NCBI GenBank assembly: GCA_013361065.1
Contig: JABWAK010000002.1
Location: 2,273-66,272, forward strand
Direction of reading: 5' to 3'
Length of the DNA stretch: 64,000 nt
DNA from: Bacteroidota bacterium
GTDB taxonomy: Bacteria; Bacteroidota; Ignavibacteria; UBA10030; UBA8401
The stretch's first letter is position 1; every line of letters begins with the position of its first letter. Below, in pieces: positions 36,415 through 46,204 of the stretch. The notes beneath the pieces were generated by a model that searched no databases, was not told the origin of the DNA, and saw nothing but the letters and a program-made list of their open reading frames with translations. The translations under genes were made by a program, and so were the position numbers.

Positions 36415-38781
36415 ATGCTGAAACGATCATTCTTACTCCTTCTCATTGTCATTCTCATTCCGCCCGGACTTCTCCGCGCTCAATCGGACGACAGCTGGAA
36501 GATCTATTCCGATACCTCCGTTGCCCGCATCGATATCACCATCGATCCAACAGCCCTGCAATGGATCTATGCCAATGAACAGAGCGACAGTGAACATGTC
36601 GCCTCGGTCCGCTTCCGCAACCGATGGCTGGACGAGTCGGTGGATTCCATCGGCTTCCGGCTGCGGGGCAACACCAGCAGGGCCGCGAAGAAGAAATCGT
36701 TCAAAGTGTCGTTCAATTCCTTCCTCAAAGGACGGAAGTTCCACGGCGTGGAGAAACTGAATCTGAACGGCGAGCACAACGATCCTTCCATCATCCGCAG
36801 CAAACTGTCGTTCGACATGTTCCGGGACCTCGGCATCACCGCCACGCGCGCCAATCATGCGCGGGTGTTCATCAACGGCGGATACTACGGTCTGTACGTG
36901 AACGTGGAGCATGTGGACGAGAATTTTCTGGCGCGGCGGTTCGCGGACGACGGCGGAACGCTCTGGAAATGCCTCTATCCGGCCGACCTGAAGTACCTCG
37001 GCACGGATCCCGACCTCTATAAGAAGGTGATGAACAACGCCACGACGCGTGCGTACGAACTCTCGCAGGGCACCGGGGATGATTATACGCCGCTGGCGCG
37101 CCTCATCGCCATCGTGAACAATACGACCGCCGGAGCGCTGCCCGATTCGCTGGAGAGGGTGATGGATATTCAGCGCCTGCTGCAGTACTTCGCCGTGAAC
37201 ACGCTCGTCGGCTCGTGGGATGATTACCGCTCGCTGATGAACAATTACTACCTGTACCTGGACCCGCAGACACGGAAGTTCATCGTGATCCCGTACGATT
37301 ACGACAATACCTTCGGCGTGGACTGGTTCTCGGTGAACTGGTCCGCCGCGAACCCGTACTCCTACCCGAAAGCAGCCGCCGGTTCCCGTCCGCTCTGGGA
37401 CCGGATCATCACCATCCCGCAGTACCGCGATCTGTACACGCACTTCCTCCGGTTCTCGCTCGATACGGCATACGCGCTCCGCCATTGGGAGTCCCGGCTG
37501 GACCGGCTGAAGGATTCGATCCTCTCCGCGGCACTGGAGGATACCTACCGCACGATGGACTACGGATTCACGATCGCCGATTTCATGAACTCCTTCGGGA
37601 CCGGTCCGTACTCCAAACAGCATGTGAAGATGGGACTGAAACAGTTCGTGAATGCCCGGAGCAGTTCACTTCCGGCGCAGCTCACCTCCGTCACCGCGCC
37701 GCCGATGGTGTACCGCATCGGCGTCATCCCGTCCGTCCCCTCCCCAACCGATTCATTGACGGTGCAAGCCTCCGCCTACGCTGCCATCGGTCTCCGTGCG
37801 CTCTGGGTGCAGTACACACCGGCGGGAGGAACCGCTCAGCTCCATCCCATGCAGCGCACACCGGTACCGGGCACACGGTTGGTGGAAGAGGCGGACCGCT
37901 GGACCGCAGTGCTCCCGCCGCTCGGTCCGGGCGGGAACGGCACCTTCCGCATCGTCGCGGAGGATTCTCTTTCGCAGTCCTCGGTCTTCCCGCGCAGCGG
38001 TTCCGTCCGTGTCTCCGCACCGGACCTCCCCGGCACATCGGTGGTGATCAACGAATTCATGGCGGACAACACGACCATCCCCGACCCGTCCGGACAGTAT
38101 GATGACTGGGTGGAACTGTACAATCCAACAGCGGCGGCGGTGACCATCACAGGGAAGTATCTGACGGACAAAGCGACCTCGCTCACCAAATACCGGTTCA
38201 CCCAGCCGGGCTTGAGCATCCCTCCCGGCGGTTATCTGATGGTCTGGTGCGATGAGGAGCTGACGCAGCCCGGCGTGCACGCTAACATCAAACTGAGCGC
38301 CGGCGGCGAGTTCCTTGCACTGACCGACAGCGACGGGGTGACGGTACTCGATTCCATCTCCTTCGGACCGCAGACGGCGAACATCTCGATGGGCCGGCTG
38401 CCGAACGGGAGCGGACCGTGGACCAGTATGGCTCCCACACCGCTGGCATCGAACGGCTCGGTTGCCGCAGTGGAAGGAGAGGAGATGATCCCGCGGACGC
38501 TCACACTGAGCGCCTATCCGAATCCGTTCAACCCCGTCACCACGTTCCGCTTCACGGTGCCGGCCGATGCTGTGCAGGGCGGGAGCGGCGGAACGGCACC
38601 GGTGGTGCTTGAATTGTATACCATGCTGGGAGAACGGGCTGCAACCGTGCTACAGGACCATCGTCCCGCCGGCACCTATGCCGTGGAATGGAATGCTGCC
38701 CGGTTCGCCAGCGGTGTGTACATTGCAGTGATGCGGGCCGGACCGGCTGTGCGGCAGATGAAGGTCGTCCTGCTGAAATAG
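36415..38781 (+). CDS. CotH-kinase-family protein with a lamin-tail domain and a T9SS C-terminal sorting domain
   Basis: RLRGNTSR..KKSFK, GLYVNVEHVD, NNYYLY and IPYDYDNTFG. VVINEFMA..DWVELYN marks the LTD and AYPNPFNP...KVVLLK the sorting domain. Confidence 0.9.
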   Translation: MLKRSFLLLLIVILIPPGLLRAQSDDSWKIYSDTSVARIDITIDPTALQWIYANEQSDSEHVASVRFRNRWLDESVDSIGFRLRGNTSRAAKKKSFKVSFNSFLKGRKFHGVEKLNLNGEHNDPSIIRSKLSFDMFRDLGITATRANHARVFINGGYYGLYVNVEHVDENFLARRFADDGGTLWKCLYPADLKYLGTDPDLYKKVMNNATTRAYELSQGTGDDYTPLARLIAIVNNTTAGALPDSLERVMDIQRLLQYFAVNTLVGSWDDYRSLMNNYYLYLDPQTRKFIVIPYDYDNTFGVDWFSVNWSAANPYSYPKAAAGSRPLWDRIITIPQYRDLYTHFLRFSLDTAYALRHWESRLDRLKDSILSAALEDTYRTMDYGFTIADFMNSFGTGPYSKQHVKMGLKQFVNARSSSLPAQLTSVTAPPMVYRIGVIPSVPSPTDSLTVQASAYAAIGLRALWVQYTPAGGTAQLHPMQRTPVPGTRLVEEADRWTAVLPPLGPGGNGTFRIVAEDSLSQSSVFPRSGSVRVSAPDLPGTSVVINEFMADNTTIPDPSGQYDDWVELYNPTAAAVTITGKYLTDKATSLTKYRFTQPGLSIPPGGYLMVWCDEELTQPGVHANIKLSAGGEFLALTDSDGVTVLDSISFGPQTANISMGRLPNGSGPWTSMAPTPLASNGSVAAVEGEEMIPRTLTLSAYPNPFNPVTTFRFTVPADAVQGGSGGTAPVVLELYTMLGERAATVLQDHRPAGTYAVEWNAARFASGVYIAVMRAGPAVRQMKVVLLK

Positions 38782-38815
38782 ATCCTCTTCTTTTCCACTA
38801 TTGAACGGAGGCGTT

Positions 38816-39325
38816 ATGAGTCGATGGTTGTGCACCGTTGCAGCGTTTCTTCTGTTCTCCTGCGGCACGGCGGAGCCCGAGGTTCCGGCGGATCTGGAAC
38901 AGGCGGCCGCCGTGATCGAACGTTTCGCATCGCCGATGCGGCTCGGCAATTCCATGTTCGCGGCAGCATACCCGGAATGCAAAGCTACGCAGTTCGTCCA
39001 TTATCTCTTCTCGGACCTGGCCGCCGCAGAACTGCCGATCGGAGAGAGCATGGGGGATGAGATGGACCGGGCGCAGGCGCAGGCGAGCGGGATGCCGCTC
39101 TGGCCGGACAGTGTGGCGATGTCCGAACAGGTGCCGGATCCGACCGCCGGGCGGCAGATCGTCCTGACGGGCGATGATACGAAGAATACGGTCTCGATTG
39201 CACTGTACACCGACCCGAAGAGTCCGCCGGTGGCCGTCCGTGAAGTGACGGTGCCGCACGTGACCGCCAGCGAGATGGCGCAGGCGTTCTTCCGTTCCAA
39301 TGTGGAGATGGGGGCGCGGTACTGA
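38816..39325 (+). CDS. Hypothetical lipoprotein
   Basis: GGAGG SD, lipobox LFSC and host-like codons. Confidence 0.7.
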   Translation: MSRWLCTVAAFLLFSCGTAEPEVPADLEQAAAVIERFASPMRLGNSMFAAAYPECKATQFVHYLFSDLAAAELPIGESMGDEMDRAQAQASGMPLWPDSVAMSEQVPDPTAGRQIVLTGDDTKNTVSIALYTDPKSPPVAVREVTVPHVTASEMAQAFFRSNVEMGARY

Positions 39326-39409
39326 CACCGATCCGGCGGGGAACACAAAGACGCGGCAGAGCGGACCGTCCGCTGCCGCTGGATGAATATTGAAAGGAAC
39401 CGTTCGGAT

Positions 39410-40678
39410 ATGAACGAACAACCGCAGCAGACCGCTTTCACCCGGTACCAGATCTTCATCATCGCCGTGCTGGCATTCATCCAGTTCACGGTGATCCTTG
39501 ATTTCATCATCGTGGCGCCGCTCGGCGCCCTGCTGATGAGCATCATGCACATCACCCCGGGGGAGTTCGGCACCATCGTCTCCGCGTACGCCTTCAGCGC
39601 CGGTCTCTCCGGATTCCTGGCGGCGGGGTTCGCGGACCGGTACGACCGGAAGCATTTCCTGCTCTTCTTCTATGCCGGCTTCATCCTCGGCACCTTCCTC
39701 TGCGGCATTGCGACCGACTACACCTTCCTGCTCGTTGCGCGCATCATCACCGGAATCTTCGGCGGCGTGATCGCCTCCGTTTCGCTCGCCATCGTGGCGG
39801 ACCTCTTCCCGCTGAACGCGCGGAGCCGGGTGATGGGATTCGTGCAGATGTCCTTCGCGGTGGCACAGGTGGCCGGCATCCCGCTCGGCGTCTATCTGGC
39901 GAACGAGTTCGGATGGCATGCGCCGTTCATGCTCATCGTCGCGATCGGCGTCCCGGCCGGCATCGCCATGATGAAGCTGGTGCGTCCCATCGACGACCAT
40001 CTCGCCGCCGGCGGAGCCTCGCATAATGCGTTCCAGCATCTCTGGCGCACCATCTCCGAGAAGCGGTACACCGCCTCGTTCTCCACGACCACCACGCTCA
40101 CCCTCGGTGGATTCCTGCTGATGCCCTTCTCCAGCGCATTCCTTGTCTATAATGTCGGCATCGCGCAGGAGCAGCTGCCGTTCGTCTTCATGGCGACCGG
40201 CATCACGACCATCATCGTGCTGCCGATCGTCGGGCGTCTCAGCGACCGCATCGGCGCGCTCCGGATGTTCACCATCGGCACGGCGATCGCCGCTGTGATG
40301 GTGGTGGTCTACACCAACATGGGCATCACACCGCTGTGGGAGGTGGTGCTCATCAACATCATCTTCTTCACCGGCATGGTCTCGCGGATGATCCCCGCTA
40401 CCACCACGATGACGGCGGTGCCGGAACTGACGGACCGCGGGGCATTCATGAGCATCAGTTCATCGCTGCAGCAGGTGTCGGGCGGGATCGCATCGGTGAT
40501 CGCCGGGATGTTCATCGGCAAAACGGCGGAGGGTGCGCTGGTGAACTACAATTATCTCGGCTATGTGACGGTGGGAATGATGATCGTCGGAGCGGTGCTG
40601 ATGGGCGTGGTGCACCGGCAGGTGCAGGCGAAAGGTGCGGCGGCAGCGGCGAATATCAGCGGAGAGGTTCACCACTAA
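39410..40678 (+). CDS. Major facilitator superfamily transporter
   Basis: About 12 TM segments, with motif A GFADRYDRK and GRLSDRIG. Confidence 0.93.
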   Translation: MNEQPQQTAFTRYQIFIIAVLAFIQFTVILDFIIVAPLGALLMSIMHITPGEFGTIVSAYAFSAGLSGFLAAGFADRYDRKHFLLFFYAGFILGTFLCGIATDYTFLLVARIITGIFGGVIASVSLAIVADLFPLNARSRVMGFVQMSFAVAQVAGIPLGVYLANEFGWHAPFMLIVAIGVPAGIAMMKLVRPIDDHLAAGGASHNAFQHLWRTISEKRYTASFSTTTTLTLGGFLLMPFSSAFLVYNVGIAQEQLPFVFMATGITTIIVLPIVGRLSDRIGALRMFTIGTAIAAVMVVVYTNMGITPLWEVVLINIIFFTGMVSRMIPATTTMTAVPELTDRGAFMSISSSLQQVSGGIASVIAGMFIGKTAEGALVNYNYLGYVTVGMMIVGAVLMGVVHRQVQAKGAAAAANISGEVHH

Positions 40679-40815
40679 GACCGTTGACGATGAGCGTGTT
40701 GAGCATGATGCCTTCCCACGCTAAGCCTAAGGATAGCATTATTCTATACGGAAAGACCCTGAAATCGCGCTGACCGGAAGAATATCGTGGCGCTCTTCAG
40801 GGTGACGTGCAGTGA

Positions 40816-40895
40816 GGTGACGCTCACCGTTTCTACGGGATACCATCCTTTGTTACAGTTCTTTCTTCTCTGTGTTCTCTGGGTCTCTGTGGTGA
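40816..40895. repeat. Degenerate single unit of the hairpin plus 9-bp-triplet repeat family
   Basis: GGTGACGCTCACC, ACGGGATACCATCC..TAC and TTCTTCTCTGTGTTCTCTGGGTCTCTGTGGTGA, all related to 42627-42950. Confidence 0.7.
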
Positions 40896-40901
40896 TCGTT
40901 C

Positions 40902-41672
40902 TTACACCAATCCCAGACTGACCGCATACCGTACCGCTTCTGCGGTGTTCTCGGTATTGGTCTTTTCCAGGATGTTGCGGCGATGATTGTTCACGGTGTT
41001 CACGCTCAGGAAGAGTTCGTCCGCCACCTGCTTGCTTCCCATTCCTTTCGACAGCATTCCGAGGATCTCGATCTCCCTTTTGGAAAGCACCGTCCGTCCG
41101 GACTCCTCATCGGAAAAGACACATTGTTTCCCCGTCCGCATGTTCACAACGCTCCGCTGCGGCGGCATCTCCTCTCCCCGCTCCGGGACGATATCGTTGA
41201 GCATCAGCATCAGCCAGATATTCCCCCGCGCATCCAGCTCCAGCGGAAGCAGCTGCTGGATGAACCGCGCATACGTTCCTTTCGCTGACCGGAGCCGGAA
41301 ATCGTAGATGATCTTATGCTCCTTCTTCTCCGCCGCCGGAAGACCGATCAGATATCCGTTCCCCCGTTGTAATGTTTCCAGAACGACAGGGATATCCTGC
41401 GGATGCATGATGCTGAAGAGTGCGCGGGGTCCCTGCTGCATGACCGTCTCCAGTTCCAGTCCGATCACCGGAAGGAACTTTGACTGGAGGAATGCATACC
41501 GCTGACGGTAGAGGTCCATCACCGCCACGGAACTGTTCTCCACCAGCGCCAGCTGACGGAGGAAGCCGAGATGCTTCTCCAGGTGGGAATAATCGATATC
41601 CCGCTCATCGAACTGCTGCAGGGAAAGGATGGAAAGATAGCGGGAAAAGAGGCGTTCGAACTCGGGGGTCAT
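40902..41672 (-). CDS. LuxR-family regulator with an N-terminal PAS-like domain
   Basis: MHPQD...YDFRLR, and LSKREIEIL...G..SKQVADELFLSVNTVNNHRRNILEK. Confidence 0.9.
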   Translation of the reverse strand: MTPEFERLFSRYLSILSLQQFDERDIDYSHLEKHLGFLRQLALVENSSVAVMDLYRQRYAFLQSKFLPVIGLELETVMQQGPRALFSIMHPQDIPVVLETLQRGNGYLIGLPAAEKKEHKIIYDFRLRSAKGTYARFIQQLLPLELDARGNIWLMLMLNDIVPERGEEMPPQRSVVNMRTGKQCVFSDEESGRTVLSKREIEILGMLSKGMGSKQVADELFLSVNTVNNHRRNILEKTNTENTAEAVRYAVSLGLV

Positions 41673-41769
41673 GGCAAAATAGCGAATAATGACTATCAAC
41701 TACGCCGTTCAAGATACGTAAATTTGATACAAAAACATCCGGCTCCCCCTGAACGATGAAAGGAACACC

Positions 41770-42603
41770 ATGAAACCGACCACCCTTCTCCCGATCATCG
41801 CCGCAGCGTTGCTGGCTGCCGGCTGCACCACGGTCCAGACCCGTTACGAACAGCTCACCGCCGACGCATTGCAGCACCAAACGAATGCACCGGAACATAT
41901 CCTGACCGAACACGATCTGGCGGGATTGCCTCTCCCGGTGCAGAACTATCTTCGCTACACCGGCGCTGTCGGCCGGCCGGTACCGCAGAATATGTCAATG
42001 ACATTCGATGCGCAGATGGTCCGCAAGCGCGGGGACGAGCCGATGGAAGCAACATCGCAGCAGGTGAACATCCTCACCGACCGTACGCGCATCTTCACGA
42101 TGAAGGCGGGAATGTTCCTCGTCCCGTTCCAGGCGCTGCACGTCTACCGCGACACACAGGCCACGTTCATCGTCCGTGTGGCGAACATGTTCAACGTGGT
42201 CGACATCGCCGGTGATACGCTGACCACGGCGGAAACGGTGACGATGCTGAACGATATCTGCGTCTTCGCACCGGCATATCTCACCGCGCCGTGCTTCGCC
42301 TGGAAGGAGATCGATGCCCGTTCCGCCGGGGTGACCTTCACGAACGGACCCTACCGCGTCCGTGCAACGCTGCTGTTCAATGAGGAAGGTGCGCTGGTCG
42401 ATTTCATCTCGGACGACCGCTATGCGCTGGAAGGGGACGGAACGATGCGGAATGTGCGGTGGACGACCCCGCTCTCCGACTATCGTGAGTTCGACGGAAG
42501 GAAGATCGCCACGTATGGAGAGGCGGTGTATCACTATCCGGACGGACCGTTCGTCTACGGAACGTTCAGACTTACCGGCATCCGGTACAATGTCCGGCAG
42601 TAA
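41770..42603 (+). CDS. DUF6544-like lipoprotein
   Basis: Lipobox AAGC, DLAGLPLPVQNYLRYTG, ETVT.LND, F.SDDR and WTTP..DYREFDG. Confidence 0.75.
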   Translation: MKPTTLLPIIAAALLAAGCTTVQTRYEQLTADALQHQTNAPEHILTEHDLAGLPLPVQNYLRYTGAVGRPVPQNMSMTFDAQMVRKRGDEPMEATSQQVNILTDRTRIFTMKAGMFLVPFQALHVYRDTQATFIVRVANMFNVVDIAGDTLTTAETVTMLNDICVFAPAYLTAPCFAWKEIDARSAGVTFTNGPYRVRATLLFNEEGALVDFISDDRYALEGDGTMRNVRWTTPLSDYREFDGRKIATYGEAVYHYPDGPFVYGTFRLTGIRYNVRQ

Positions 42604-42626
42604 TGCCGCGCCGGTTGTCTTCCCTT

Positions 42627-42950
42627 GGTGAGCGTCACCAGTGACAATTGAGTTTTACGGGACGGGATACCATCCCGTCCTACAACTGGGTCGAAGCACC
42701 GCTTCGAACTACAATTTCTTCTGTGGCTCTGTGTTTTTGTGGTAACGTATATATTTGATTGCCGGCGTAAACGCCGTCCTACCGGACTTGGGTCGCAGTT
42801 TGATGCCAAGTCTCCTCCTCTTCTCTGTGCTCTCCGTGTCCTCTGTGGTGAAGTTTTCTGGACGGGATAACATCCCGTCCTACCTCTGGGTCGAAGCGGC
42901 GCATCGACGCGCATTTCTTCTTTGCGTGCTTTGCGTTCCTTGCGGTGAAG
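42627..42950. repeat. Three ~100-bp modular units, each a REP-like hairpin ending TCCTAC, then TGGGTCG, then a 9-bp-period triplet
   Basis: GGACGGGAT-NNN-ATCCCGTCC-TAC at 42660-42683 and 42860-42883. CGGCGT-AA-ACGCCG-TCCTAC ends at 42782. Confidence 0.85.
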
Positions 42951-43028
42951 ATTTTGTATGCTCGGCAACATTGCGTATCTTTCTCCTGAACACATGCCGT
43001 GACACGGCAAACACCATGGAGTGAGCGC

Positions 43029-43661
43029 ATGAAAGTCGAGATCTGGTCGGACGTGATGTGTCCGTTCTGTTACATCGGGAAACGTCATTTTGAAGCAGCA
43101 TTGCAGGAGTTCCCCGGCAGGGGTTCCGTCACGGTGGAATGGAAGAGTTTCCAGCTGAATCCCGGCATGGTCACCGATCCCTCCCGGAATATCAATCAAT
43201 ACCTGGCAGAGATCAAAGGGATCTCTCTGGAGCAGGCGCAGGCAATGAATGCGCGGGTGACCGAGATGGCGAAGGATGCGGGACTGACGTACGATTTCGA
43301 CAAAGCGATCGTCGCCAATTCGTTCGATGCGCACCGTCTCTCCCACTTCGCGAAGCGGTTCGGTACACAGGATGAGGTGGAAGAACGTCTCTTCCGCGCT
43401 TACTTCACCGAGGGGAAGAATACCGCGGACCACGACACTCTCGTGCAGCTGGCTGCGGACGCCGGACTCGATGCTGACGCAGTGCGGACGATGCTCGCCG
43501 GGAAGGACTTTGCCGAAGATGTGGAGCGGGACATCTATGAGGCGCAGCAGGTCGGTGCGCGCGGGGTGCCGTTCTTCGTGTTCGATGAGAAATACGCCGT
43601 CTCCGGCGCCCAGCCGGTGCGGTTATTCGTCCAGGTGCTGAACAAAGTGGCAGAGGGATGA
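43029..43661 (+). CDS. DsbA-family oxidoreductase (FrnE-like)
   Basis: EIWSDVMCPFCYIGKR, NSFDAHRL and GVPFFVF..KYAVSGAQ. Confidence 0.93.
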   Translation: MKVEIWSDVMCPFCYIGKRHFEAALQEFPGRGSVTVEWKSFQLNPGMVTDPSRNINQYLAEIKGISLEQAQAMNARVTEMAKDAGLTYDFDKAIVANSFDAHRLSHFAKRFGTQDEVEERLFRAYFTEGKNTADHDTLVQLAADAGLDADAVRTMLAGKDFAEDVERDIYEAQQVGARGVPFFVFDEKYAVSGAQPVRLFVQVLNKVAEG

Positions 43662-43755
43662 TCGGCAGCATCATCCAACGACCGAAACTGCCGGTTGATT
43701 CTTTTCCTTTTTCGTTCCATCTTTCCCCGTTTGCATGAACTTGACCGGAGGACCA

Positions 43756-44355
43756 ATGGACCAACGCATCCCCCTCACTCCCCGACGCTGGATCACCGCT
43801 TGCTTCCTTGGCTGGCTGGCCGGCATCTTCCTGGTGATCCTTACCTCCGGCACTTTCGATGCCATCGGACTGGAGGGATACCAGTTCTATCTGGGGCTCA
43901 GCATGGGGCTGAGCGTCGGCGTGCTGCAATGGCGGCTGCTGCACAGAACGCACGGCATCGGCAGTGGATGGCTGATCGCTTCCATCGTCGGTGTCGCCGT
44001 GCCGTTCCTCCTGTTCGATCTTCTGAAGAAGTACGGCGGCATGACCACCGGTCCTGAGGCATTGCAGTACAGCACCGCTCTCGGCGGCGCCGCTGCTGCA
44101 TTGTGGCAGACGCTGATACTGAGGCGGGAAGGGTTTTCCGCATCACGCTGGCTCTTCGCCGGCTGGTCCGGATGGGTGCTCGGCACGGCAACGGTGCTCG
44201 CCATCGACTATACGAAGTATCTCAGCAGCAACAATCTCGTCCTGTTCGCCCTGAACCTTCTGCTGATGATCGCCGGCGGCGCGGTCTATGGCGCCGTGAC
44301 AGCTGTTCCGTTGATCAAGATCCTTTCCTCGAAGCGGGGCGCGGCGGAGGAATAA
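43756..44355 (+). CDS. Hypothetical membrane protein
   Basis: GGAGG SD and about six TM segments with repeated QW/WQ..L..R...WL units. Confidence 0.72.
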   Translation: MDQRIPLTPRRWITACFLGWLAGIFLVILTSGTFDAIGLEGYQFYLGLSMGLSVGVLQWRLLHRTHGIGSGWLIASIVGVAVPFLLFDLLKKYGGMTTGPEALQYSTALGGAAAALWQTLILRREGFSASRWLFAGWSGWVLGTATVLAIDYTKYLSSNNLVLFALNLLLMIAGGAVYGAVTAVPLIKILSSKRGAAEE

Positions 44356-44364
44356 CCCGTCCGG

Positions 44365-44793
44365 TCATTCTTCCGCAAGGGCTTTCATCGTGTCCAAAAT
44401 GGAACCCCAGTTCTCCAATGAGTGCCGGTACGCTGCCTCATCGGCAAAGCCGCGCTGTTCCAGCTGCAGCAGAGAGCCGGATGGCTGCCGTACGATGGTG
44501 AACGCGATCGCGGCATAGTTCTCCGGCAGGTCCGGCAACGGCGAGAACGAGCTGTAGTAGCTGTAGGCGAAGTACTCGTTCGGCGTGTATCCGGTCACCG
44601 TCCCCTTGTCCACATACTCCGTTCCTTCCCAGACGCCGGTGAAGCGGATCGATCCTCCGGCATACGGTTCCGCGGTCATCGTCGTGCCATACAGGTAACG
44701 TTTCACCAGAATCGGGTCCGTCAGCACCAGCCAGACCTTCTCTGCCGGCGCATTGATGCGGACCTCCCGCTGCAGCACCATATCCTTGAGCAT
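44365..44793 (-). CDS. SRPBCC/AHSA1-domain protein
   Basis: INAPAEKVW.VLTDP...W..ILD.MK.LAE, with a GGAGG SD. Confidence 0.85.
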   Translation of the reverse strand: MLKDMVLQREVRINAPAEKVWLVLTDPILVKRYLYGTTMTAEPYAGGSIRFTGVWEGTEYVDKGTVTGYTPNEYFAYSYYSSFSPLPDLPENYAAIAFTIVRQPSGSLLQLEQRGFADEAAYRHSLENWGSILDTMKALAEE

Positions 44794-44827
44794 TGCTTCC
44801 TCCGAACATTGATCGATGTGATGGACA

Positions 44828-44869
44828 AAGATACGGCATCGCGGCCGCCCTCGATTGCAAAAACGCGAC
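44828..44869 (-). promoter_or_regulatory. Putative promoter and candidate AraC-activator site for the SRPBCC gene
   Basis: Minus strand GTCGCGTTTTTGCAA-21 nt-TATCTTTG (TAnnTTTG-type element) in the divergent intergenic gap. Confidence 0.4.
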
Positions 44870-44919
44870 AGGCTCCCTCGTGTGCTCCCATTTACAGGAA
44901 ATTTTTCCTATCCTGCCTC

Positions 44920-45720
44920 ATGATCACACGGAAACAAACACGTCCGGTCGGCATCCTCCACCGCACCCCCGTCCCGGCGGGAGCGCACTTCGAACGCTAT
45001 GAGCCTTCAACGGAGCACGTACGCGCCTTTGTGGAACATTATTGGGGCATCCGGTGGAACCTCGCCGTACCGGTCCGCCGGATGAACCTCTCCCATCCGT
45101 CCTTCCATGTTGTGATCGAACCGGGTCGATCGTTCGTGTACGGCGTCCCGTCCCGCACCTTCGAACGGGTGCTGGAGGGGAACAGCTGGGTCTTCGGCAT
45201 CAAGTTCCATCCCGGCGCTTTCCGTCCGCTGCTGAAGGGACCGGCGGCCGGCTATACGGACAGGACTGTGCGGCTCAGCAGTATCTTCGGAGCGGCCGGG
45301 ACCGGATTTCAGCGCAGCATGCTGTGGATGGAGGATGAGGAGAGCAAGATCGTTGCAGCAGAGTCCTTCCTGCGGGAAGTGCTGCCGGAACCGGATGAGC
45401 GTACCGCACTCGTCCGGAGGATCACCGGAACAGTACAGCAGGAGCGGGAGATCGTCACCGTTGAACAGATCGGCGCCCGGTTCGGATTCGGGATCCGTTC
45501 ACTGCAGCGGCTGTTCCACGATGCGGTCGGTATCACACCGAAGTGGCTCATCAAGCGGTACCGGCTGCACGATGCCGTGGAGACGATCAAGGACGGAGGC
45601 AGCATCGACTGGGCACAGCTGGCGCTCCGGCTGGGGTACTTCGATCAGGCACATTTCATCCGTGAATTCCGCACCTTCACCGGCCGTTCCCCGGCCGAGT
45701 TCGGCCGATCGGCACGATGA
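44920..45720 (+). CDS. AraC-family regulator (DUF6597-like N-terminal domain)
   Basis: FVEHYW...W, FGIKFHPGAF and RSLQRLF..VGITPKW...LGYFDQAHFIREFR.FTG.SP. Confidence 0.9.
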   Translation: MITRKQTRPVGILHRTPVPAGAHFERYEPSTEHVRAFVEHYWGIRWNLAVPVRRMNLSHPSFHVVIEPGRSFVYGVPSRTFERVLEGNSWVFGIKFHPGAFRPLLKGPAAGYTDRTVRLSSIFGAAGTGFQRSMLWMEDEESKIVAAESFLREVLPEPDERTALVRRITGTVQQEREIVTVEQIGARFGFGIRSLQRLFHDAVGITPKWLIKRYRLHDAVETIKDGGSIDWAQLALRLGYFDQAHFIREFRTFTGRSPAEFGRSAR

Positions 45721-45815
45721 ACCTGCCGGTCCATGCTGGACAGGCGTTGTGCGATTCTCTATATTGAGTCGTTCTTACAGATCAACCACTCTTCACTCCC
45801 AACGGGCACAGACAT

Positions 45816-46193
45816 ATGAAACGCAGCCTCCTTCCCATCCTTGCCGCAGCAGCATGGATCGGTATCTCGGAATTCGTCCGCAACCAGTTCCTGCTCCGAT
45901 CGTATTGGACGGACCATTACAGCAGAATGGGACTCACCTTCCCCGCCGATCCGGTCAACGGAGCTGTGTGGGGGATCTGGTCGCTGCTGTTCGCCGGTGT
46001 TATCTTCGTCCTGCGCTCGCGGTTCGATCTGCGCGAGACATTCGTCCTCTCCTGGTTCATCGGTTTCGTGATGATGTGGGTGGTGATCGGCAATCTCGGC
46101 GTGCTTCCGTTCGGCATTCTGCCGTATGCACTGCCGTTGAGCATGGTGGAAGCGTTCGGGGCGGTGTGGATCGTTGGGAAACTCAAAGAATGA
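45816..46193 (+). CDS. Hypothetical membrane protein
   Basis: Four TM segments, with WI.ISEF.RN and FP..P.NGAVWG.WS. Confidence 0.75.
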   Translation: MKRSLLPILAAAAWIGISEFVRNQFLLRSYWTDHYSRMGLTFPADPVNGAVWGIWSLLFAGVIFVLRSRFDLRETFVLSWFIGFVMMWVVIGNLGVLPFGILPYALPLSMVEAFGAVWIVGKLKE

Positions 46194-46204
46194 TAATTAT
46201 CAAG

